Positions 29,262-38,095 of a DNA stretch of 64,000 nucleotides are shown one piece after another. Numbering within the stretch: the stretch's first letter is position 1; the number at the start of each line of letters is the position of its first letter. Position numbers and translations under genes: made by a program. The DNA is from an uncultured Planctomycetia bacterium. GTDB taxonomy: Bacteria > Omnitrophota > Gorgyraeia > Duberdicusellales > 4484-171. The notes beneath the pieces are model-generated. The model did no database searches. It was not told the origin of the DNA and worked only from the letters and a program-made list of their open reading frames with translations. The stretch lies in NCBI GenBank assembly GCA_964483625.1, contig CAZABB010000006.1, positions 2,129-66,128 of the forward strand, read 5' to 3'.

Positions 29262-29705
29262 ATGAAAAGTAACTGGAAGAAAAACAATTTTTCTCAAAGA
29301 GACATGTGTCTTGAACTGCTTGCCGGCAAATTCGGGCTTCCTCTCGAGGAAGATTCGTTCTGGACAAGACGCCCCCGTTTCGTTTATGCCGAAAGCGAGC
29401 TGATGAACTCAAAGACCGAAGCGGTGCTCACCCACAGAAACGGCAGGCTGGTATGGACGGAGAAAATTCAGACTGACAACGGCGAGACCTTCGAGATTTT
29501 GATAGAGACAAACAGGAATCATCCTTACTCTGTCCCGAGAGTTTTCATCACACCGAAGCTTTCGCTGAACGGCAGGGGACGTCCCGACGGAAGTGTGGGG
29601 CTCTGTTCCTGCGATGAATACGTCGAGAAGATGTCGGTGTATGACCTCAGGCAGAAGGCCGTTGATTTCCTCAACGAGCATTTGGCAAATCAATACGGGA
29701 GGTAA
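29262..29705 (+). CDS. UBC/E2-like (ubiquitin-conjugating-enzyme fold) small protein, putative
   Basis: GGAGG RBS. NHPYSVPRVFITPKLSLNGRGRPDGSVGLCSCDEY aligns with the E2 core YPFKPPKVxFTTKIYHPNIxxNGSICLDIL, giving a candidate catalytic Cys. Confidence 0.5.
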   Translation: MKSNWKKNNFSQRDMCLELLAGKFGLPLEEDSFWTRRPRFVYAESELMNSKTEAVLTHRNGRLVWTEKIQTDNGETFEILIETNRNHPYSVPRVFITPKLSLNGRGRPDGSVGLCSCDEYVEKMSVYDLRQKAVDFLNEHLANQYGR

Positions 29706-29711
29706 TCAAAA

Positions 29712-30617
29712 ATGATAATAGACAGGCTATTACAGATTACAGGAAGGATTAAGACTGTCAAAGAGCTTTACCGTCTCGTGAACAAAGGCATCAATACGAT
29801 TATCGAGGGTGCGAAGACTGTCGGCAAGACCTTTGTCCTCGAGAGGGTATTCAAGGCATTCTGCAATTCCGAGCGTGTAAACAGGAAACTTCTTTACGTC
29901 AGGGCGCATGGGACAAGGCGTGATTATGAACAGATTATGTTCGTAATGTCCGAGAAATATGGCGACATCCATGACGAAGACTGCAAAGAGCAGACCTTCA
30001 ATGAATTCCGCAAAGGAAACCAGCAGCAGATTGAGAGACGCATCATCACAGGTATTAAGAATTCAGATTTGCCTTATGTAATCTTCATCGAGGAGATGAA
30101 GAAACTCCCTGACTCAATGCGTATTTTCATTAAAGAGCTTCTTAAGACAGGCAAGGTTTCAATCGTGGCAGAGCCGAAGGATATGTCCGATTCAAAGACA
30201 AGACAATTTTATCAGGGCTTTGACAGGTTTGAAGTGAGGCCGATGAATGACGAGAAGATGGGGATTCTCTTTGATGATTTAATCAAATGTCATTCAGTCA
30301 AAATTAAGCCCGAGGATTACGAGGAGATCAAAAGCAAGCTTCTGATTGAGACGGCAGGCAACCCCGGCAGGATGAAGGCAATAATTGAAAGATGCACCAA
30401 GGAAAAGGAAGTCAATAAAGAAGACATTCTCGAGAAATACGCATCGTCTCACCGCAGGGAATATCCGATAGGCATGAGCATCATGCTCTGTGTGGTTTTC
30501 TTCATGGCTTACAGGTATTTCATGCGGGGGCTCGGCACGGTTACGGACATGGTCTGCGGAGGGATTATCTTCGCCCTGGGGATTCTTCTTTACAGAATCA
30601 GCAATAAATTCAAATAA
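29712..30617 (+). CDS. membrane-anchored AAA-type ATPase
   Basis: Walker A GAKTVGKT, Walker B YVIFIEEM, sensor-like TAGNPG, two C-terminal TM helices. Confidence 0.55.
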   Translation: MIIDRLLQITGRIKTVKELYRLVNKGINTIIEGAKTVGKTFVLERVFKAFCNSERVNRKLLYVRAHGTRRDYEQIMFVMSEKYGDIHDEDCKEQTFNEFRKGNQQQIERRIITGIKNSDLPYVIFIEEMKKLPDSMRIFIKELLKTGKVSIVAEPKDMSDSKTRQFYQGFDRFEVRPMNDEKMGILFDDLIKCHSVKIKPEDYEEIKSKLLIETAGNPGRMKAIIERCTKEKEVNKEDILEKYASSHRREYPIGMSIMLCVVFFMAYRYFMRGLGTVTDMVCGGIIFALGILLYRISNKFK

Positions 30618-30628
30618 GAGGAAAAAAT

Positions 30629-31915
30629 ATGACCACACCTACTCATATCGCAGGAGCTACGGCAGGCATGCTTCTCATAGCAGTCGCCTTCAGGTGCCTG
30701 AACGTATCATGGGCGACAATTCTTTTCACGATGTTTGCGGGACTGCTTCCCGACATAGATAACGTTAAGTCTATAATCGGGTGGCTGTTTCACAGGCTTG
30801 TTTCCATTCTGTCTTTCGGCAAAGTGAATTTCTCGAAGCTTGTTCAGCACAGGGGATTCTTTCATTCACTGCCTTTTGTGGCCCTGCTCTCATTCATACT
30901 TTATTTCATAAGGGCTGATTTGATTCCTTATCTCCTGATTGGAATGCTCTCTCACATTGTCCTTGATTCATTCCAGAAGAGAGGTGTCAAGCTTCTGGGT
31001 TTTGGCAATGCCTGGGGAAGATTCTCCCTTAATTGGAACATGCTCTTGAGGTCTTCGGGAGAATATTCAGTCCTTGCTTCCTGCATCATGATTATTCTTG
31101 TTTCATCGGCGGTAATCTCGAAAGGCGGGACTAATCACATCATCAGGAAAGCGTTAGGCACGCTCAAGGCCACTGTTGAGGATATCAATGACCTGAAGAA
31201 TTATGAGTGCTTCCTTGTCGTGAATGATAGCGGTGTCCAGAGTGAGTATCTTATAATCGGCTCTTTTGGAAAGGATTCAGTCATTGTCCTTGACGGGAAT
31301 TCTCCTCTGTCATTCGGCTACCGCCATAACTGCCAACTGAAAGCGGATAACAAGTCTTACGTCAGGAAAGACAGGAAGATGAAGACTATCGAATACAAGT
31401 TTATCCTGAAGGATAAATCATTCAGGCATCTTTATAACAAGATTGACAGCTCGTATTTCTATTATTTTTCCGGCAGTGCTCTTCTCAAAGATTCAAAGGA
31501 AATCCCGTTTTTTTATAACAGGTATAACACTGTTTCTGCTTCCGGAAAGAGGCTGAATTTTGAATTTGCGAGGCTTGAGGATTTGAAGGTTTATGGGATT
31601 GAGGACTCTGAAATACTGCTCGGCGATTTTGTAATAACTTACAGAATCGCCGAAGGCCAGAATCCTCCTCCGCTTTCGGCAAAGATTACCGAAGCGGTTT
31701 CCGCCGATGTTGAAGCTGTCGAGAAAAGGATTTCGGAATTGAAAGGAATCATAAACAGTCCTGACCTGAAGCGGGAAGTCGAAAACATATTCAATGTCGA
31801 TTCAGAGGAAGCGGAAATCTACCTGCGGGTTTTCAGGAGAAAGGCTGAAAAGCTGTTAAAGGAAGAAGAAACCAACCTTCTGAGGATTCACTCGATAAAA
31901 AAGGATATGCCATGA
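30629..31915 (+). CDS. DUF457/YdjM-like membrane-bound metal-dependent hydrolase fused to a ~250-aa soluble domain
   Basis: About 4 TM helices with conserved HxxxD (HIVLDSF) in the N-terminal 170 aa. The C-terminal domain is unknown. Confidence 0.5.
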   Translation: MTTPTHIAGATAGMLLIAVAFRCLNVSWATILFTMFAGLLPDIDNVKSIIGWLFHRLVSILSFGKVNFSKLVQHRGFFHSLPFVALLSFILYFIRADLIPYLLIGMLSHIVLDSFQKRGVKLLGFGNAWGRFSLNWNMLLRSSGEYSVLASCIMIILVSSAVISKGGTNHIIRKALGTLKATVEDINDLKNYECFLVVNDSGVQSEYLIIGSFGKDSVIVLDGNSPLSFGYRHNCQLKADNKSYVRKDRKMKTIEYKFILKDKSFRHLYNKIDSSYFYYFSGSALLKDSKEIPFFYNRYNTVSASGKRLNFEFARLEDLKVYGIEDSEILLGDFVITYRIAEGQNPPPLSAKITEAVSADVEAVEKRISELKGIINSPDLKREVENIFNVDSEEAEIYLRVFRRKAEKLLKEEETNLLRIHSIKKDMP

Positions 31916-32769
31916 AAATTCTCAAAGAATACGAAAGGCACATGAAGATTTGCAGGAAAAGCCCTGCCACTATCCGGCAGTATGGTAATGACGTGAAGCT
32001 TTTCTGCAATGCTTTCGGTGCGGATATCTTCAAGAGTTCGGGCAAGGACGTTGATGGATTCATTGAGTGGCTCATTGACAGGAAGTGCCAGAACGTAACG
32101 ATTGCGAGAAAGATAGCATCGCTCAGAAGCTTTTACGTCTTTCTCACAGCGAAAGGCTTCGTGAAAAATAATCCATTCCTCAAAGCTCCAAAGCTGAGGA
32201 TCCCCCGGAAAGACCAGAGGGTTCTCACGGGAGAAGAAGTAAATCGGATATTTGAGACCCTGGGGGATTATCCTCCCACTCTTAAAGGCAGGGTGACTGA
32301 TTGCATCCTGCATATCATGTATTTTCTCGGCCTGCGGGTCTTTGAGGTTGCGAGCCTCGATGTCTCAAGCATCTCGGCTCCGCCTGAGAGTTATCTGAAC
32401 TTTATCGGGAAAGGCGGGAAACAAAGAAGCCTTCCGCTTGTCCATGATAAGCTTGTCTGCTCTCTTGATGAATGGATGGAATTTCGGAAAAAGTTTCCCG
32501 GAGTCGAGGCCCTTTTCATCAGCCGTAACCTCAGCAGGATTTCGGTAAGGACTATCCAGAGGTGGATAAAGTGTCTCGGAGTAAATTCCGGCTTGGGGGA
32601 TTGTTTGACGCCTCACGTTCTGAGAAGGACTTTCGCTACCCGGCTTCTTGAGCAGGGGGCTGACCTTTTCTCGGTTGCGGATTTGATGGGGCACGAGAGC
32701 CTCACTACGACAAGGAGGTATGCAGTGGTAACAGACAAAAAGCGGAAGGGCACGCTTCTCTTACTATGA
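31912..32769 (+). CDS. tyrosine recombinase (XerC/D-like)
   Basis: N-terminal SAM-like domain (TIRQYGNDVKLF...IASLRSFYVFL) and catalytic R...HVLRRTFATRLL...GHESLTTTRRY. Its start overlaps the upstream stop (ATGA). Confidence 0.8.
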   Translation: MKILKEYERHMKICRKSPATIRQYGNDVKLFCNAFGADIFKSSGKDVDGFIEWLIDRKCQNVTIARKIASLRSFYVFLTAKGFVKNNPFLKAPKLRIPRKDQRVLTGEEVNRIFETLGDYPPTLKGRVTDCILHIMYFLGLRVFEVASLDVSSISAPPESYLNFIGKGGKQRSLPLVHDKLVCSLDEWMEFRKKFPGVEALFISRNLSRISVRTIQRWIKCLGVNSGLGDCLTPHVLRRTFATRLLEQGADLFSVADLMGHESLTTTRRYAVVTDKKRKGTLLLL

Positions 32770-32836
32770 TTATAACTATATTAGTTGCACATTTAATTAT
32801 GATTAATTTTTCCGGTCAGAATCCGTGTTTTTACGG

Positions 32837-32861
32837 TTTTCTGGCTGGTTCTGCCAGAAAA
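32837..32861. other. candidate recombinase core site (9-7-9 inverted repeat TTTTCTGGC-tggttct-GCCAGAAAA)
   Basis: Perfect 9-bp inverted arms with a 7-bp spacer 68 nt after the Xer-like stop. Additional GCCAGAAAACCG / CGGTTTTCTGGC copies lie at 32832-32846 and 32913-32924. Confidence 0.4.
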
Positions 32862-32971
32862 GAATTTCTTTCACGACTGAAGTCTGGCCGTTTCTTTAAC
32901 TCGCTCTTAACAGCCAGAAAACCGTATTATTTGGCGGTCAGATTTATGTCCTTAATCCGGGAGGTGTCCTG

Positions 32972-33838
32972 ATGATAAAAAAATTATTCAACCGCATCAG
33001 GGATTCCTTTGGAAAAATTAATGAGGAGTCCTATGACGAAAATGCAGTCCTTGATGAATCCCCTCATGTCTCAGATGAGGGCGAAAAGAAGGTCTGCGTT
33101 CTTGAGTTCTACGCTTTCATGCGTAAGCTGTATGAGAAGATTCTTGGCAGGCTGGGGTTCTCGTATTTCATAACAGGGAGCGAAGAAGAATTTTTATCAT
33201 CCCTTGAATGCTGTTCTGTTGCCGTTGTTGATGACAACCAGCCTGACATCAGGGGCTTTCTTCTGGCCTCAAAACTGAAGGCTGAACGCCCTGAGCTTCC
33301 TGTAATTGTATGCACAGCTAACGCTTCGCTTGAAGCTTATGAGGAGTTCAAGGTCTCTAAGGCTGATGCTCTGCTGTTCAAGCCTGTTTCTGAAAGCGAG
33401 CTTGCTGGCTGCATTAATAGGGTTCTTGTCAAGTCCTCTGCCGAGCCTGTTGTTGAAGAAAAAGTAATTCCGAAAAAGCGTGGCAGGAAACCTTTTACTT
33501 TTCTTGATATCGCTGAAAAGCATGTCTGGGAGTTTTCCCAGAGCGGGCTTTCAAAGGCCGAGTTTTCAAGGAAGAACAAGCTGAGCCTTTCATCTCTGAA
33601 AAACGAGTTCAGGATTATTGCACTGCCTGAAAGCGTGAAGAAACTTGTAGGCGAAAACATCGACTGCTTCAAGAAGTCCTTTTTTGAGCACATCACCAAG
33701 CTCAAGGATGAACAGAGCATCCTTGATTTATGCTCTGAAATTATCGAACGTGGTAGCAAGGGGTCTTATTATGATCTCTCTGCCCTGAAGCAGAGAGTCA
33801 ATGAGTATCTTTCATTGGAGAAAAAAGATGAGGTTTGA
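32972..33838 (+). CDS. receiver (REC)-like domain protein
   Basis: VAVVDDNQPDIRGF...LPVIVCTAN...DALLFKPV with a C-terminal helical domain. Confidence 0.5.
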   Translation: MIKKLFNRIRDSFGKINEESYDENAVLDESPHVSDEGEKKVCVLEFYAFMRKLYEKILGRLGFSYFITGSEEEFLSSLECCSVAVVDDNQPDIRGFLLASKLKAERPELPVIVCTANASLEAYEEFKVSKADALLFKPVSESELAGCINRVLVKSSAEPVVEEKVIPKKRGRKPFTFLDIAEKHVWEFSQSGLSKAEFSRKNKLSLSSLKNEFRIIALPESVKKLVGENIDCFKKSFFEHITKLKDEQSILDLCSEIIERGSKGSYYDLSALKQRVNEYLSLEKKDEV

Positions 33839-34769
33839 AGAGCGAATAAAAGTCAGCAATGATTTTGTCCTTGAGGTTGCGAGGAAGGCTTTTCCTTCCT
33901 GTAGCCTGAAGAGCGTCTGCCCTTCGTCTCTTGGCAAAGTCTCGAGCGTTTTCAGGGTTGATATTTCTTCCCCTGATAAGAACATGTGCCTGAGGGTCTC
34001 ACGCAACGGAGAGGTCGGGAAGGAATCTGTCGCTTACGGCCTGCTTGAAGGGATTGTTCCTGTCCCTCCGATAATAATTTCAGGCGAGAAGTTTCTCCTG
34101 TCGGGCTGGCTTCCCGGCATGACTCTGGAAGACGCTTTAAAGACTGTTGATTCCGATGACAGGAGGCTTCTTGCTTTCTCTGCCGGCGAAGTCCTTGCCC
34201 GCATCCATTCGGTCGCTCTTGATTCTTTCGGTTTTATCTTTGACGGTGATGTTGCGTTTCCTTCGGCGAGGTCTTTTATTCTGACGAAGCTTGATTCGCT
34301 TCTTTCTTCTCCTCTTGTCAGGGAAGCTTTCGGGCTAATTACTCTTGAGGAGATTAAGAAATTCTGTTCCCAGTATATTGTTATGTTTGAAGGGAAACCT
34401 TGTCTGCTTGTCGGGGACTACAAGGCAAACAACATCAACGTAATCAATGATCCTTCATGGAGGATTAACGGCGTCTATGATTTCGGGGATGCCTTTGCAG
34501 GACTCAACGAGTGGGATTTCTCCAAGTTCTTCAGGCATGTTGCGGATGTTTACCCTGACATGAAGCGGCCTTTCCTTAGCGGGTATAAGAAATGCGGGAC
34601 TATAAAAAACGGCTTTGAGAAAAGGGTGAGAATCTTCGATGTTTTCCTGATACTCCTCACTGTCGAGAAGATGATGAGGGCTCCCGTCTCTGACGAGGAA
34701 AAGATTGAGGAGCTTCGCAAATACGTTGATGTCCTGAAGGAGAACATCTTTATCGTAAATTCACTATAA
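33828..34769 (+). CDS. phosphotransferase (APH/choline-kinase family) protein kinase-like
   Basis: Brenner-like motif LVGDYKANNINV and DFGDAFAG (DxD). The start overlaps the REC gene stop. Confidence 0.65.
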   Translation: MRFEERIKVSNDFVLEVARKAFPSCSLKSVCPSSLGKVSSVFRVDISSPDKNMCLRVSRNGEVGKESVAYGLLEGIVPVPPIIISGEKFLLSGWLPGMTLEDALKTVDSDDRRLLAFSAGEVLARIHSVALDSFGFIFDGDVAFPSARSFILTKLDSLLSSPLVREAFGLITLEEIKKFCSQYIVMFEGKPCLLVGDYKANNINVINDPSWRINGVYDFGDAFAGLNEWDFSKFFRHVADVYPDMKRPFLSGYKKCGTIKNGFEKRVRIFDVFLILLTVEKMMRAPVSDEEKIEELRKYVDVLKENIFIVNSL

Positions 34770-34974
34770 GAGGTGATTAATTTGAGAAAGAAAAAGCCTG
34801 ACATGAAGTTCAGAGGTAAGTGCGGAAAGTATGATTTTGAGCTTTCCGTCACCTTTGCGCCGTTTCCTTCCTCAAAGGAAAGGGACAGGGCTTATCGTGT
34901 GTGGGCTGAGACATTCGCTGAAAGCTGTAAGAAAGGGAGAAAGGTTTAAGTAATCTTCTTGAATATAAATCTCT

Positions 34975-35487
34975 ATGCAAACTAAAGCACAGTTAAACAG
35001 GCAAAAGGACGGATATCGTAGAGAGAATGAAATGGTGGATTATTATTTGTCTAACGGGTTTAAAGTGCTTGGGTATAAGAATTGCGATGATATGAACATG
35101 ATATCGTTTTTCCTGCCTTTTGAGATTGCGCTAAAGAAAGTCTTTGGTTCTTGGAATTCTCTTGCGGAGCTCGTTCGGTCAAATACTGTTGAAATGTTAA
35201 GGCTATCAAAGGATGGGGAGCTGGAAGTGCTTGAAGTCAAAACTAAAGCCGATATTAAGAAAGATAAAGCATCTCATAAATTTAGATTTGATTGTCAGCC
35301 AGAACAGATAGAAAAATGTGAACGTGTGCTTGAGAAAGGAGTTGCGGTTATTTGGGTTTTTTATATAGAGACTTATAATAAATACATAGAAGTCCCTTTT
35401 GGTGAATTGCATTTTTCACCTAAGCAATGCAAGGTTAAATTACCTGAAAAATATCGAGACCTTAATTTGTGGAATGTTAAAGAATAG
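34975..35487 (+). CDS. PD-(D/E)xK nuclease-like hypothetical protein
   Basis: KDGELEVLEVKTK resembles the DGxLhhhEhK nuclease core. Confidence 0.4.
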   Translation: MQTKAQLNRQKDGYRRENEMVDYYLSNGFKVLGYKNCDDMNMISFFLPFEIALKKVFGSWNSLAELVRSNTVEMLRLSKDGELEVLEVKTKADIKKDKASHKFRFDCQPEQIEKCERVLEKGVAVIWVFYIETYNKYIEVPFGELHFSPKQCKVKLPEKYRDLNLWNVKE

Positions 35488-35622
35488 GCGTCGCTCAGAT
35501 ATCCGGATAATTCCCTATCCATCGCCAAAAGTTTTTCCTGTGTTTGGGGCACATTTCCTTCCTTAGCTCTTTCAGTGGTTTGTCTGACGCTTCGATTTTG
35601 GTTAAGCAGTTGCAGGTTTTCA

Positions 35623-35631
35623 TGATATAAT
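35623..35631 (+). promoter_or_regulatory. possible extended -10 promoter (TGaTATAAT)
   Basis: TGnTATAAT element 120 nt upstream of the mcrB-like start. No good -35. Confidence 0.25.
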
Positions 35632-35751
35632 GTGAGCTATTAATATTTATATTAGTTCTTGACAGTTTGTCGGAAGTTTTTCGGCATTTTGATAAAGTTT
35701 TTATATGAGTAGGGGTTTATGCCCTGTTAATTATTTGGGAGGGGGTCTGTT

Positions 35752-38091
35752 ATGGATAAAGCTGTTCTTGTATCAAAAATTAAGGAGTTGAGCAATCTTG
35801 CTAATAAGCTTCATGGCTTTGAAGATGATGAGGAAAGTTTCCTTGTTGCGATTAAGGGGCTTGACAGGAAGTATCTTGAGGGCGAGCTTGAGAAATTTCG
35901 TGAAGGAAGCATTAGCTGGAATGGCGTTTTGAAGCCTGTTAATTTCCTTAAATTCTTGGTAATAGATAAGGTTCTTGATGACAAGGATGTTTCTCTTGAG
36001 ATTATTGACGAGTTCAAGGATAGGATTCTTAAGCTGGATGTTGATTATTTCAAGGATTATCCTGATTTCAAGGAGGCAATGCTCAAGCTTGAGAAGGGTA
36101 AAAACTTTTTTTGGCAGTGGAACAATATTTTCAAGATTCTTTTTTATGTCTATTATGACCAGCATAAGGACAGCGTCAATTCTTCTCTGACCGAGATTGC
36201 TGACCATTTCAAGACTGTTTTGAATATGAAGGATTCCAAGACAACGATTAACGGGTTTGGGTGGAATAATAATTATGGCTCGAGCGATTGCTGGATTGCT
36301 CTTTATCCTCCTGATAGGGACAGCCATCAGAAGGCTTATCAAATCTTTTTGAGGGTGAATCCTGTAAACGAGCTTGTTTATGGAATGACTAACGGCGCAA
36401 AGATTGCGGAGAACAAGAAGCTTGAGAAGCAGGATGGTTCTAACGTTGATGTAGACAAGCTCGAGAAATTTCTCTTTGAGAAAGCTAAGCCTGAGTATGA
36501 AAAGCTTAACGCCTCTGTTAAACCTGAGCCTGACGAAGAAGAGGTTGACGAAGAATTAAGGGTTGTCGATGAGAAATGCCCCAAGAATGTCATTCTTTAC
36601 GGCCCTCCTGGGACTGGAAAGACTTATATGGCTTACGAGGAGGCTGTTCGCATTGTTGATCCTTCCTTTTCGTGGAAGGACAGGAAGGCTCTCGTTGCTA
36701 AATTTCGTGAGTTTCAGGATAGCGGTTATATCACTTTTGTTACTTTCCATCAGTCTTTCAGCTACGAGGAATTCATTGAGGGTTTCAGGTATGACAAGGA
36801 AGAAAAAATGCCTATGGTTGAGTCTGGCGTGTTCAAGACGCTTGTCGAGAGCGCAAGGTCTGACTATGTAAGTCCTAAGAAGAAGATTGATTTGAACCTT
36901 GCTAAGAGGAATGTATTCAAAATGTCGCTCGGCAACACTCTCAAGGAAGATGAGGATATTTATGATTTCTGTATGCAAGAAGACATCATAGCCATTGGTT
37001 GGGGGCAAGATGTTAACTATACGGGAGCCGATACTAAGGAAAAAGTCGCCAAGAAGTTCAAAGAGCATGAAGGAAGCGATAAAGATTCTGTCTTTAATGT
37101 AACAGCGATTCACTTCTTCAAGAATATCATGAAGAAAGATGACCTTGTATTTGTCTCTAAAGGAAACCGTTCCTTGCGTGCTATTGGTCGTGTTGTGGGG
37201 GAATATTATTATGATGAAAATGTACCTATAAATTATCGCCATTTCAGAAAGGTCGAGTGGCTTCTTACGGACAGCAATATTCCCGTAGAGAAAGTTATGA
37301 AGAAGAATTTCAGCCAGCAGACTATTTATGAGATAAGCAAGAGCTGGCTGCTTGAACAGAACCTTCAGGAGCTTCTTGCTAAACCAGCAGACAATAAGAA
37401 AGAGGTCAGGAATTATGTGCTGATTATCGACGAGATTAACAGGGGGAATATCTCTAAGATTTTCGGGGAGTTAATCACTCTTATTGAGGATGATAAAAGG
37501 CTTGGCATGGAGAACGAGATGGTCGTCAAGCTTCCATACAGCAAGGAGATCGATTTCGGGATTCCTCCCAATATCTATGTTATCGGCACTATGAATACTG
37601 CTGATAGGAGTATAGCTTTGATGGATGTCGCTCTTAGACGAAGGTTTAGTTTTAAGAGGATTGCTCCAGAATCCAAGATTATCTCTGACTTGTTGTCCGA
37701 GAAGGAGGTCGATGGGGATTTTATTGAGATTTTGCAGAAGTCCTTTATTGCCTTGAACAAAAGGATTAAGGTGTTGCTTGATGAAGACCATGTTATAGGG
37801 CATAGTTATTTTCTGAAGATTGGGCCTGAAGATTTCGAGTATGATCTTCATGCTGTCTGGTATGACAAGATTATTCCTCTGCTTCAGGAATATTTCTATA
37901 ATGATTGGGATAAGTTGAGGCTTGTTCTCGGCGAGCATAATTCTCAGAAACGTAGCGGTTTCATTAAGGTTTTAGAGGCTGAATACAAGGGCATTTTCGG
38001 CTCTGAGTTTGATGAGGAGTATCCTTGCGAAATTGTCCGCTATGAGCCTGATTTGTTCTCTCAGGTATTGAAGAACACATTTATCGGATAA
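35752..38091 (+). CDS. mcrB: McrB-family AAA+ GTPase with unknown N-terminal domain and internal PUA/EVE-like insertion
   Basis: Motifs GPPGTGKT, FHQSFSYEEFIEG, LIIDEINRGNISKIFGE, GTMNTADRSIALMDVALRRRF are near-identical to E. coli McrB motifs, but about 175 extra aa lie between FHQS.. and IIDEINR. GGGAGGGGG RBS. Confidence 0.8.
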   Translation: MDKAVLVSKIKELSNLANKLHGFEDDEESFLVAIKGLDRKYLEGELEKFREGSISWNGVLKPVNFLKFLVIDKVLDDKDVSLEIIDEFKDRILKLDVDYFKDYPDFKEAMLKLEKGKNFFWQWNNIFKILFYVYYDQHKDSVNSSLTEIADHFKTVLNMKDSKTTINGFGWNNNYGSSDCWIALYPPDRDSHQKAYQIFLRVNPVNELVYGMTNGAKIAENKKLEKQDGSNVDVDKLEKFLFEKAKPEYEKLNASVKPEPDEEEVDEELRVVDEKCPKNVILYGPPGTGKTYMAYEEAVRIVDPSFSWKDRKALVAKFREFQDSGYITFVTFHQSFSYEEFIEGFRYDKEEKMPMVESGVFKTLVESARSDYVSPKKKIDLNLAKRNVFKMSLGNTLKEDEDIYDFCMQEDIIAIGWGQDVNYTGADTKEKVAKKFKEHEGSDKDSVFNVTAIHFFKNIMKKDDLVFVSKGNRSLRAIGRVVGEYYYDENVPINYRHFRKVEWLLTDSNIPVEKVMKKNFSQQTIYEISKSWLLEQNLQELLAKPADNKKEVRNYVLIIDEINRGNISKIFGELITLIEDDKRLGMENEMVVKLPYSKEIDFGIPPNIYVIGTMNTADRSIALMDVALRRRFSFKRIAPESKIISDLLSEKEVDGDFIEILQKSFIALNKRIKVLLDEDHVIGHSYFLKIGPEDFEYDLHAVWYDKIIPLLQEYFYNDWDKLRLVLGEHNSQKRSGFIKVLEAEYKGIFGSEFDEEYPCEIVRYEPDLFSQVLKNTFIG

Positions 38092-38095
38092 GAAA

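Noticed and set aside
35773-37938. Minus-strand ORFs 35773..36342, 36556..37242 and 37471..37938
   Set aside because: Antisense within the mcrB-like gene, which has near-canonical McrB motifs on the plus strand.
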